Assembly: GCA_963837955.1 (NCBI GenBank)
Contig: CAWIPH010000002.1
Location: 2,528,001 to 2,592,000, forward strand
Direction of reading: 5' to 3'
Length of the DNA: 64,000 nt
Source: an uncultured Verrucomicrobiae bacterium
GTDB lineage: Bacteria > Verrucomicrobiota > Verrucomicrobiia > Chthoniobacterales > JAFAMB01
The notes beneath the pieces were generated by a model. That model ran no database searches and had not been told where the DNA came from. It saw only the letters and a list, made by a program, of their open reading frames with translations. The position numbers and the translations under genes are program-made. Position 1 is the stretch's first letter, and each line of letters starts with the position of its first letter. This document shows, in pieces, positions 48,025-57,211 of this stretch.

Positions 48025-49323
48025 GTGATGACTAAGAGTTCCACTTGGACCGCCCTACGAAACCCGGCTTTCAGAAGACTCTGGATTGCCACGGTGATCT
48101 CCGGAACCTGCGTAGCCGCTCACAATAGCGCGGCGACCTGGATGATGAACGTGGTCACAGGTTCGCCGTTTTTGATTTCGCTCATGGCAACAGTGGCATC
48201 GCTCCCTTTCTTTTTGTTCACCCTGCCCGCCGGCGTCCTCGCCGATAAGGTGAACCGTCAGAAGTTCGTATGTGCGATCAATCTTTGGTTGGCGGCGATG
48301 GCCGCCGGATTAGCGGTGCTTGGTTGGCTGCATTTTCTAAATCCTTACACCATCCTGGCCAGCGTATTTCTGGTTGGCGTTGGTTTCGCTTTCAATGCGC
48401 CGGCCTGGACTTCGATTGTGCCCCAGGTTGTCTCAGACGGCGAGCTCCCGTCGGCAGCGACCTTAAGCGGTTTACAACTCAATATCTCGGGAATTATCGG
48501 TCCGGTGTTAGGTGGTTTCTTGATCCCGCTGGCCGGAGCGAATTTTGTTTTTGCTGTCAATGGAGCTTGTTTTCTCCTGGTTGTATTGGCAATCCGGCAA
48601 TGGAAACAACCAACCGTGCAGACAAAGTTTCCGTCGGAGAACTTTTTCAAATCTTTCGGAACGGTTATCCGTTACGTGCCGGGGCTTCAGATCGTCTTGG
48701 CCCGAAATTTCCTGTTTGCGCTTTTTATTTCGGTCATTCCGGCATTGATGCCGATCGTGGGCTTGCAAGTGTTGCACCTGGGTTCGTTCCAGCTTGGTCT
48801 TTTGTTCACCAGTATGGGCGCCGGCTCGGTGTTCGGAGCGGTGTTCGTCATTTCTTGGCTCAGGGCTCGCTTCTCGCCCGATTCAGTCACCCTCTCAGCC
48901 AATTTGCTGATCGTCCTGGCTTACTTGTTGATGGCACTTGTTCGCCAGGTTGAGCTGTTCTTCGTTGTCGCGGCGCTTGCCGGTGTGGGATGGACACTGT
49001 CTGCTTCGGAACTCTGGGTGGCAGCGCAACGCGCGATGCCAAGCTGGGCGCGAGGCCGCATGAACGCCACAATCATCATGGTCTCGCAAGGAGCCATGGT
49101 GTTTGGGGGAGTGATCTGGAGTTCCGCTGCCGCAGTAGCCGGACCCATTCACACCTTGCTTGGAGCATCGGTGCTATTCCTGGTGAGTCTGCTTCTGGCC
49201 GGTCAGCTTTCGATCAACGTGAGAACGGACCTCGAAGGGAAGGTCTCAGGCTTTCTATCCGGAAGTGTCGAATCCGGAGAGGAGACACCGATAGCGCTCG
49301 CAAGAGAATTAATCGCAGCCTGA
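48025..49323 (+). CDS. MFS transporter (transmembrane secretion effector/MFS_3-like)
   Basis: ALRNPAFRRLW, LPFFLFTLPAGVLAD, multiple TM helices. Confidence 0.88.
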   Translation: MMTKSSTWTALRNPAFRRLWIATVISGTCVAAHNSAATWMMNVVTGSPFLISLMATVASLPFFLFTLPAGVLADKVNRQKFVCAINLWLAAMAAGLAVLGWLHFLNPYTILASVFLVGVGFAFNAPAWTSIVPQVVSDGELPSAATLSGLQLNISGIIGPVLGGFLIPLAGANFVFAVNGACFLLVVLAIRQWKQPTVQTKFPSENFFKSFGTVIRYVPGLQIVLARNFLFALFISVIPALMPIVGLQVLHLGSFQLGLLFTSMGAGSVFGAVFVISWLRARFSPDSVTLSANLLIVLAYLLMALVRQVELFFVVAALAGVGWTLSASELWVAAQRAMPSWARGRMNATIIMVSQGAMVFGGVIWSSAAAVAGPIHTLLGASVLFLVSLLLAGQLSINVRTDLEGKVSGFLSGSVESGEETPIALARELIAA

Positions 49324-49700
49324 ATGATTCGGAGAAAGACTATGAACACCGGACATCAAGAAAATGGAGCACTGAGAGGTCCGCTGATTCTCATAGTACC
49401 TGCTTCCAACTTGGTTGCGGTCATGAGTCTCGATTGGCTCGATGGCACCAACCAAGCGGCTGTTTCCGCGCAAGCGCACGGTAGGAACTATCTGGCAAAT
49501 CCGCCGAGAACTCCGAAAGACTTCGGCAGAACTTCGGGGAGACTTCGGCGAGCTCAGTTGAGTCGCTCAGTCGAGCCGCTTTCGCTTCGGTGCCGATAAT
49601 GTTCGAAAGCTCGTTGTCTATACATCCGGACGGATCGATCATGAATGCGGTAAACGCTCGGGGCAATCGGGGAGTGCAGGATTTTCGGGGAAACGCCTCT

Positions 49701-51026
49701 ATGACTGCAATCGACGACGTATCCAGCCCTCTGTCGGAGGCCGATCATCGCGCGCGACTTTGTCGGGCCGTGATCGCGAGCACGGTCGGTACGACGATCG
49801 AATGGTACGATTTTTTCCTCTACGGCCAAGTGACCGGACTGGTCTTCGGCAAGCTCTTCTTTCCCAGATCCGATCCTCTCGTCGGCGTGCTGCAGGCGTT
49901 CGCCATCTACGCCGTCGGTTTTGTGGCCCGCCCCGTCGGGGCGGTGATCTTCGGCCATTACGGGGATCGGACAGGCCGCAAGGCGGCGCTGATCACGACC
50001 TTGCTGATGACCGGCCTTGCGACCTTTGCCGTAGGCTTTGTCCCGACCTACGAGCAGGTTGGCATTTGGGGCGCTGTCATCCTGACCATCATTCGCTTCA
50101 TCCAGGGTCTCGGGCTCGGTGGCGAATGGGGCGGCTCGGTGCTGCTTTCGATGGAATGGGCGCGCTCGAACGCCCACCGCGGGTTTATCGCGTCCTGGCC
50201 GCAATTCGGAGCGCCAGCCGGATTTTTCCTCGCGAATTTGGCGGTGTTGGCATTCAGCGCGATCTCCGGCGACCAGTTTCTCAGCTGGGGATGGCGTGTC
50301 CCGTTCTTCTTCAGCGTCATCATGGTTGGGGTCGGCCTTTATATCCGCCTGGGAATACTCGAGACTCCGACCTTCTTGCGGCTGCTGGCCGAAAACCGGA
50401 TCGAACGGGCACCGGTATTCGAAGTGATCAAACGTCAGCCGAAGTCGATCATTCTGGTGGCGCTGGCTAAGATGGGGGAGATGGCACCCGCTTATATCTA
50501 TTCGGTCTTCGTCCTTACTTATGGGACAACGGTGCTGGGAAGCTCGCGCGACCTGCTTCTCAGCGCTCTCGTCGCCTCAGCGGCCGTGTCATTCTTTACG
50601 GTCCCCATCGCCGGGTATTTGTCGGATCGCATTGGACGCAAGCGCATGTATCTGATCGGCTCGGTCGCCACCGGGGTGTTCGGGTTCATTTATTTTGCGC
50701 TGCTCAACACCGGAATGCCGAGCTGGATCTTTATCGCCATCGTGTTGTCTTTTGTCCCGCAACACCTGATGTACGGTCCGCAGGCCGCGTTGATCGCGGA
50801 ATGCTTTACGCCCCGCCTGCGCTACAGCGGCGCTTCGATCGGCTACCAACTCTCCTCGGTCATCGCCGGTGGCCCAGCGCCGCTGATCGCGACCGCGCTG
50901 CTCGCGGCATTCGGGTCGGGGTATGTGATCGCCGTCTACATCCTTTTCTGTGCGATCGTCAGCGTGGTCGCGACGGTCTTGCTGCCCGATTACACCAACC
51001 GCGACATTTCAGAGGAGTACGCTTAG
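49701..51026 (+). CDS. MFS transporter, metabolite:H+ symporter (ShiA-like) family
   Basis: ASTVGTTIEWYDFF, GHYGDRTGRK, QGLGLGGEWGG, WGWRVPF. Confidence 0.92.
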   Translation: MTAIDDVSSPLSEADHRARLCRAVIASTVGTTIEWYDFFLYGQVTGLVFGKLFFPRSDPLVGVLQAFAIYAVGFVARPVGAVIFGHYGDRTGRKAALITTLLMTGLATFAVGFVPTYEQVGIWGAVILTIIRFIQGLGLGGEWGGSVLLSMEWARSNAHRGFIASWPQFGAPAGFFLANLAVLAFSAISGDQFLSWGWRVPFFFSVIMVGVGLYIRLGILETPTFLRLLAENRIERAPVFEVIKRQPKSIILVALAKMGEMAPAYIYSVFVLTYGTTVLGSSRDLLLSALVASAAVSFFTVPIAGYLSDRIGRKRMYLIGSVATGVFGFIYFALLNTGMPSWIFIAIVLSFVPQHLMYGPQAALIAECFTPRLRYSGASIGYQLSSVIAGGPAPLIATALLAAFGSGYVIAVYILFCAIVSVVATVLLPDYTNRDISEEYA

Positions 51027-51040
51027 CGATTGCGCCCTAT

Positions 51041-52171
51041 ATGCCCGCGCTTATCACCACGACCATGGCAGAACGGCAGAACGGCAGCGAAGAGATAGAA
51101 GCAATCAATTTGTTTGAGCTGGAAATGAAGGCCCGCGAATTGTTGCCACAGACGCCGTACGACTATTATGCAAGCGGTGCCAACGACGAGATCACGCTGC
51201 GCGAGAATCGCGTGGCCTACGAGCGGATAACGTTGCTGCCGCGCATGCTGGTTGATGTGAGCGAGAGGCATATGGGCACGACTGCGCTGGGCGAGCCGGT
51301 TTCGATGCCTATTTTGATTGCCCCCACAGCGTTTCAAGGCCTTGCACACCCGAAAGGAGAGGTCGCAACAGTGAAGGCTGCTGGCGCAGCTAAGACGTTG
51401 ATGACCTTAAGTACCCTTTCGACCTTTTCTATCGAGGAAGTCATGGCGGTCGCCACTGGACCTGTCTGGTTCCAGCTCTACGTATTTAAGGATAGGGCAA
51501 TCAGCGCATCGTTGGTGAAACGTGCCGAAGTCGCCGGTTGTAAGGCCATCGTCTTTACGGTCGATGTGCCGCTGCTCGGCAGGCGCGAACGCGATGTTCG
51601 AAATCAATTTAAATTGCCGGATGACCTTTCAGTAAAAAATCTTCTGCCTGCAGGGCTGCAAGAGTTTCCAGACCGTACCACTGGCTCTGGGCTTGACCCT
51701 AGTATCGCCTCTCTCTTCGATCCTGCGTTGACCTGGAAAGACATTAAATGGCTTACCGGGATTACGAAGCTGCCTGTGCTCGTAAAAGGAATCCTGCGTT
51801 CAGATGATGCTCTGCTTGCCGTCAAACACGGTGCCTCCGGGGTTATCGTTTCCAACCACGGCGCGCGGCAGTTGGACACCACTCCGGCGACCATTTCGGT
51901 TTTGCCGGAGATAGTCGATGCAGTCGGCGGCAAGGTCGAAGTCTATGTTGACGGTGGTATCAGGCGCGGTACCGACGTGCTCAAAGCGATCGCTTGCGGT
52001 GCGCGCGCTGTCTTCATTGGACGCCCTGTCTTATGGGGACTGGCTTCCGGTGCCGAAGCCGGCGTCAGGTATGTTCTGGAAATGTTGCGTCAGGAATTCG
52101 ATCTGGCCATGGCGCTTTCCGGTTGCCCGACGTTGAGCTCAATTACGCGAGATCTGATTCGGCGATTGTAA
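51041..52171 (+). CDS. FMN-dependent alpha-hydroxy acid oxidase/dehydrogenase
   Basis: WFQLY, TVD, LVKGI, SNHGARQLD, DGGIRRGTD. Confidence 0.93.
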   Translation: MPALITTTMAERQNGSEEIEAINLFELEMKARELLPQTPYDYYASGANDEITLRENRVAYERITLLPRMLVDVSERHMGTTALGEPVSMPILIAPTAFQGLAHPKGEVATVKAAGAAKTLMTLSTLSTFSIEEVMAVATGPVWFQLYVFKDRAISASLVKRAEVAGCKAIVFTVDVPLLGRRERDVRNQFKLPDDLSVKNLLPAGLQEFPDRTTGSGLDPSIASLFDPALTWKDIKWLTGITKLPVLVKGILRSDDALLAVKHGASGVIVSNHGARQLDTTPATISVLPEIVDAVGGKVEVYVDGGIRRGTDVLKAIACGARAVFIGRPVLWGLASGAEAGVRYVLEMLRQEFDLAMALSGCPTLSSITRDLIRRL

Positions 52172-52351
52172 TATGAGGGGCAGACAATGCTGTTATCCAT
52201 GACCTTTAAGACGGTTCATCCCTTTCCGTGATAGCAAACTAAATCAAGTAATCACCGCAGGCAGTTGGCGAGCCAAACGAGTGAGCGTTGGTCAACGGTC
52301 AACGCGGCGTGCGAGAGTCTTATGATCGAAAGAAACGGGTCAGGCGTCGAT

Positions 52352-53947
52352 ATGCCAAATAGCGCGCAAAAAGTTCCGCCAAATAGTTCGCAAAGTGACA
52401 AATTGGCCTTTCTGGCGGCTGCGCTAGGCGTATTCATGTTCGGAGCTTCAATTTGCGAGGGGGCTGCACACGGCCAGGGTGCAACAGAACCAATTTGGCC
52501 AACCAAGGAATGGCAGACGTCCTCCCCTGAAGAGCAGGGCGTGGATTCAAAGGAGCTCGCTAAGCTGGTTGACTTTGGGACAACCCACAGTCTCGACAGC
52601 CTGCTGGTCGTGCGGCATGGAAAGATTGTCGCCGAAGCATACTACGCCCCCTACGCAGCGGGCATTCCTCACGCGGTATACTCCGCCGTCAAGGCAGTCA
52701 TCAGTAGTTTAATGGCGATCGCATTCAAGGATGGCTTGCTGGATAGTCCAAGCTGTCGAGTGCTCGATTTTTTTGACCGTCGCAGCATTGCAAACGTCGA
52801 CGATAGAAAGGAAGCGATAACAGTTCAGAGCCTGTTGGACATGACCTCGGGCATCGAGTGGACGCAACCCGATTCAATGTTCGAAATGGAGCGCAGCCCC
52901 GACTGGGTCAAGTTCGTTCTCGATAGACCTATGTCGAGTCCTCCAGGGGACGTCTTCAACTATAGCAACGGCAATGCGCATCTCCTCTCCGCGATCATCA
53001 CAAAACTCACGGGAATGAACGCCCTGGAATACGCAAAAGCCAAGCTTTTTGGCCCTCTAGGAATTAACGATCTGTCCTGGGGGCAAGATCCTCAAGGCAT
53101 TTCGAACGGGGGGCAGGGATTGTACTTGCAGTCTCGCGACATGGCGAAGCTTGGCTATCTGTACCTGCGCAACGGCGCGTGGGAAGGTAAGCAACTGCCT
53201 GTGTCCGATTGGATCGATAAGGTGACCCACGCCACGGTGGATCCGCATGCGCCCGGCGAGCCGGAACTCCGGTATTCCAACCTTTTCTGGGTTCTTCCCG
53301 ACAAGCATGTCTACATGGCGGTCGGGTACCATGGCCAGGTGATCATGGTTTTCCCCGATTTGGACGTTGTGGCCGTGACGACCGGCCGCGATAATTACCT
53401 ATTGAGCAAATTGGCCGACTATATTTCCGGCTCGGTGAAATCGGACACGGTTCTCCCGCCTGACGCCGCGAGCGCGAATCTGCTCGCAAATAAAATACTC
53501 GATGTCTCAACCGAGAAGTCGACCGGAGTCGGCCCGACCCCTGAGATGGCGGCTATCATCTCAGGAAAGGTTTACAGGTTTCCCCCTAACGCGATAAACG
53601 TGAAGTCGCTGTCGCTGATTTTGAGTGATCCGCAGCCACACTACGACATTGAGACATACGGCAGAGATACAACCAAATCTGGTCCCAGATTTACGGGCCC
53701 GATCGGACTAGACGGACTGTTTCGAAAGGGAGAGCCAACCTACCTTCAAGCGTTGGCAATTCGGAGGGTCAACGCGGTCAAGGGGACTTGGCAAGACGAC
53801 CATACGTTTGCGATCGACAGGCTAATCCTCGGGCAAGGGAAACCAGCAGAGCGATGGACTCTCAAGTTCGACGGAGAGCAGCTAAACGTCCGCGTCGAGC
53901 TTGGAGAAGGCCCCGAAATTTCTATGAACAGCGAGACGGGCGGATAA
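52352..53947 (+). CDS. Serine hydrolase (beta-lactamase/AmpC-like fold)
   Basis: SAVK (SxxK), LLDMTSG, FNYSN (YxN), GYHGQ; signal-like N-terminus. Confidence 0.88.
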   Translation: MPNSAQKVPPNSSQSDKLAFLAAALGVFMFGASICEGAAHGQGATEPIWPTKEWQTSSPEEQGVDSKELAKLVDFGTTHSLDSLLVVRHGKIVAEAYYAPYAAGIPHAVYSAVKAVISSLMAIAFKDGLLDSPSCRVLDFFDRRSIANVDDRKEAITVQSLLDMTSGIEWTQPDSMFEMERSPDWVKFVLDRPMSSPPGDVFNYSNGNAHLLSAIITKLTGMNALEYAKAKLFGPLGINDLSWGQDPQGISNGGQGLYLQSRDMAKLGYLYLRNGAWEGKQLPVSDWIDKVTHATVDPHAPGEPELRYSNLFWVLPDKHVYMAVGYHGQVIMVFPDLDVVAVTTGRDNYLLSKLADYISGSVKSDTVLPPDAASANLLANKILDVSTEKSTGVGPTPEMAAIISGKVYRFPPNAINVKSLSLILSDPQPHYDIETYGRDTTKSGPRFTGPIGLDGLFRKGEPTYLQALAIRRVNAVKGTWQDDHTFAIDRLILGQGKPAERWTLKFDGEQLNVRVELGEGPEISMNSETGG

Positions 53948-54408
53948 GCTTTCGTCTGCGGCTGTCAGCTGGTTCCGGAACTATTGCGACGAATCGTTTT
54001 AGTGCGTCCCAGCAGATTGGGAAAACTGGTAACTCCGCAATGCCTTCGGTTTAACTTGAGCGCATTGCCACGCCGAAAGACATCGACGCTTTATCGGGAC
54101 AAGCGGATATCAAAGCGCAGAGCAAGTAGCATCTTCGCCGAGCACTTCTGGAAGCAAGGCTCGGTGCCCAGTTGTTTGTGGACTTCAACTATCGTGGAAA
54201 TCAGGGCCTCAAATAATTTGGAAAATTACAATTGAGACTTAGCCTCCCCTAACTTTAATCAGACATAACCCCTTTTATGTATACCGGTCCTCGAAGACGC
54301 GGGGACTCAGTCTCACCCCTTCCTTTTGACCGCACAGGTCGTTGACGTGGTATCTGCTTTTCAAGGGATCTTGATTTCGCCGTCGTTAACTACTCATCCG
54401 ACAAGGCG

Positions 54409-54487
54409 GTCATCGGTCCATGGGACGATCCCGCCCAAACCAGCGTCACCTGTCGCTCGCCGAACCGAAACTATTCGATGAGCCAGA
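54409..54487 (+). repeat. Left copy of a ~79-bp direct repeat
   Basis: Core CCAAACCAGCGTCACCTGTCGCT-N-GCCGAACCGAAACT is identical to the core at 62487-62564. Confidence 0.85.
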
Positions 54488-54613
54488 AGCGCCAATCTAG
54501 GACCCAAACGCGGTTCAGAAGTTGTCAGAATTTCTGACGCCTAGGCTAACGAATTGGGTTATTTAGATTCGACGGTTAGATGCGGAGAGCATTAATCTAT
54601 TATTTGACCGACC

Positions 54614-56488
54614 ATGCCAAAACGGCCCCCAGAAGCAGAATGGGAAAAACGGGCCAGGATTGCTTTGAGTGAAGGGGATGCGCTGACTGCGCTCCGAATC
54701 CTTGAGGCACTCCCGTTGTACACTGCCGCGCAGCCGGGGTTTCCTCACCTTTACGCCCGAGCTCTAGCTCAGATGGGCCACAGCAGAAGGGCGCGGACAG
54801 TCTTAACGGATCTGCTGAATCGGGGTGGTGTAACTTGCGACACTGTTAGTTTACTCGGTCGAACCTTCAAGGAGACGTGGCTGCGCACCGGGTCGACGGA
54901 TGCATTATCAGCGGCGATAGCTGCTTACCAAAAAGCTGTAGAACTTGCTCCTGACGATCCTTTTCCGGCTATCAACAAGGCTAGTCTCTCTTTGCTAGGG
55001 GGTGACATCGGGTCGGCCCACGAGTTGGCCAGACGAATTTTGCAACTCTACCAAGGGCCAAAAAGGACTAAAGAGAATGACCCGTGGCGCGATGCAACCC
55101 TTGGCGAGGCGTATCTCTGCCTAGGTGATCTTGATAAAGCGCGCGAGCATTATGCGAATATCGTCGCAGCCGGGCTGGACGTTCGAGAACGTTGTTCGGC
55201 ACGAAGGCATGCTCGCATTATTCTGGAATCTGCCGGAAAAGACCTGCACGCTCTGGATGATTGCTTCGCTGTCCCCGTCGTATTCGTATTTTCGGGACTG
55301 ATGCTCGATTCTCCACACCCGCCTGTGCGCGAAAGGCGATTCCCTCCAGCGCTTGAGCCGGCGGTAGCTTCAGAAATCAGACAGGTTATTACTCTTTCCC
55401 TACCGGCAATCGGTTTTTCTTCGGCCGCGGCCGGGTCCGATATTTTGTTTCTGGAGCAGATGCAGGCTTTGGGACAAACTTATCATATTCTGTTGTCGGG
55501 ACCTCAGGCCGAGTTCAAGGAACGAAGCGTGAACTACGCCGGGGCCGATTGGGGAGAACGATTTCAACGGGTTTTGGATTCGGCAAAAACCGTAGATGAG
55601 GCAAGTTCGCATCATCCGGCAGATAACTCCGTGGCTTATTGGTACGCCGGCCGTTTACTCAGTTGTCGGGCCTTGGTACAGGCCCAACAGCTGAACCTCG
55701 ATTTGATTGCGTTGGCAGTATGGAACGGAAAGCCCGGCCTCGGCAGGGGCGGCACGGCAAGTTTCATTGATTTTTGGAACGGCGATTTCCATCAACCACT
55801 AGGCCAAACGAAACCCAAACTGGAAATTGTTCGCCTTGATTCTTTGTTGAGCGACCCAGGCGCGATCCAAGATATAACAACGCAGCCGGCAATTCATTCG
55901 GAGCGGCCTGGCCCCCACATCGAGAGCAACGTACAACAGGACTTCAGAGCGATTCTCGTTGGCAATGTAGTCGGATTCGAAAAATTGACCGAAGAGCAAT
56001 TGCCACTCTTTCACGAACACTTCTTGGGAGCGGCGGCGCGCCTGCTTAGTTCTACAAATGAAGCTGCTATGCCGGTGAACACGTGGGGAAGCGGCTTTTC
56101 TATACTATTTGAAGAGGTGGACCAAGCAGGTCGTATCGCCCTGGGCCTTCGAGAAATCCTTGAAACTCCGCCTGGAGGTACTGCGGAATGGCTGCAGTAT
56201 GGTCTGCCTGCAGATCTTGGCATTAGCATTGCGCTCCACGCTGGCCCGGTCTTCTCGATGCTTAATCCTTTGACCGGCCAGATCGCCTTCGCCGGCAGAA
56301 ATGTCGACCTAGCGGGATGGCTGGAATCGGTTACCCGGAAAGGAGAGATCTTGACCACCGAGGCGTTTTCGGTTCTTGCGACGACGGTTGCTCCTACGGA
56401 CTTCTTTTGTGAGTACATCGGTATCCGAAGCTTGCCCAAAGTTCCCGCAGGAGTGAAATTGTATCGTTTGATCAAAGCAGAGCACTAG
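54614..56488 (+). CDS. TPR (DUF4071/TPR-S-like) - SLOG-like - degenerate class III nucleotide cyclase protein
   Basis: SLLGRTFKETW, FPAINKASL, WRDATLGEAYL (TPR); FSGLMLD, SSAAAGSDILF, AVWNG..GGTA (SLOG-like); ILVGNVVGF, NTWGSG, IALHAGPV (cyclase fold). Confidence 0.75.
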   Translation: MPKRPPEAEWEKRARIALSEGDALTALRILEALPLYTAAQPGFPHLYARALAQMGHSRRARTVLTDLLNRGGVTCDTVSLLGRTFKETWLRTGSTDALSAAIAAYQKAVELAPDDPFPAINKASLSLLGGDIGSAHELARRILQLYQGPKRTKENDPWRDATLGEAYLCLGDLDKAREHYANIVAAGLDVRERCSARRHARIILESAGKDLHALDDCFAVPVVFVFSGLMLDSPHPPVRERRFPPALEPAVASEIRQVITLSLPAIGFSSAAAGSDILFLEQMQALGQTYHILLSGPQAEFKERSVNYAGADWGERFQRVLDSAKTVDEASSHHPADNSVAYWYAGRLLSCRALVQAQQLNLDLIALAVWNGKPGLGRGGTASFIDFWNGDFHQPLGQTKPKLEIVRLDSLLSDPGAIQDITTQPAIHSERPGPHIESNVQQDFRAILVGNVVGFEKLTEEQLPLFHEHFLGAAARLLSSTNEAAMPVNTWGSGFSILFEEVDQAGRIALGLREILETPPGGTAEWLQYGLPADLGISIALHAGPVFSMLNPLTGQIAFAGRNVDLAGWLESVTRKGEILTTEAFSVLATTVAPTDFFCEYIGIRSLPKVPAGVKLYRLIKAEH

Positions 56489-56546
56489 CTTGTCTGCGGC
56501 TCCGCGACGAAAGGCTTGCGCCGATGCTGGAGGAAGGTTTTCTGGA

Positions 56547-57110
56547 CTAAGATCCAGTTAACTGCCGCCAATTCTTCTCCGCCTTGTCGATATTACCGTC
56601 GATATCGTTTTTGAAGCCTTTTAGTGCCCCCTGATTTCCACAGATGTAAAGCTTGCCTTTATAGATGATGAAGGCGGTAGGGACTTCCGGGTCGGCTAGG
56701 ACTCCGCTAGCTACCCCATAAGCACAAAATCCGCCATACTGCGGGACATACTTTGCGGGGTCTTTTTCAAATTCGGCCTTATTGGCCGCGGAGGCGAATA
56801 AGTAGGTGGCACCGCGATAAGTGCTCGCCATCGCGGAACTCCCTTTGACCGGTTTCCCTTCTTTGAAATAAGCGACTACATCGAACCCTTTTAAGATAAC
56901 TCCTTGGCTGTCGACGTTTAACTTGGCTGTGGTGGGGACTTTTTCCTCCTCCAGAAAAACGCTTTGCCACAGAACCTTCGGCACAGTCCCTGGCCCATTC
57001 CCGGCAAAATACGGCGTATGCTCGCTGGAAATACCAAACGCGTTGGTTGCAGCAAGGAGAATCACGGCCCTAACGGAAGCAGTCGTCGGCGAGTTTAGCA
57101 GGCTTTTCAT
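56547..57110 (-). CDS. YHS domain-containing protein (Cys form)
   Basis: GFDVVAYF, YLFASAANK..F..DPAKYVPQYGGFCAYG, GKLY. Confidence 0.85.
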   Translation of the reverse strand: MKSLLNSPTTASVRAVILLAATNAFGISSEHTPYFAGNGPGTVPKVLWQSVFLEEEKVPTTAKLNVDSQGVILKGFDVVAYFKEGKPVKGSSAMASTYRGATYLFASAANKAEFEKDPAKYVPQYGGFCAYGVASGVLADPEVPTAFIIYKGKLYICGNQGALKGFKNDIDGNIDKAEKNWRQLTGS

Positions 57111-57211
57111 GGCGGATGCCGCCTTTCAGAATTCCTATCTATACCAGTAGCATCCTCGCAAAGGAACTCTTTTTCGAGACTGGCCAACTTCTGGCGGTGC
57201 CGGGCCCAGTG

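Noticed and set aside
53990..54200. Possible GxxExxY gene remnant on the minus strand (IVEVHKQLG)
   Set aside because: Only a few residues match and the signature motif is absent; needs BLASTx
56547..57110. Selenoprotein (UGA readthrough) in the YHS gene
   Set aside because: The motif position is a normal Cys codon with no in-frame TGA
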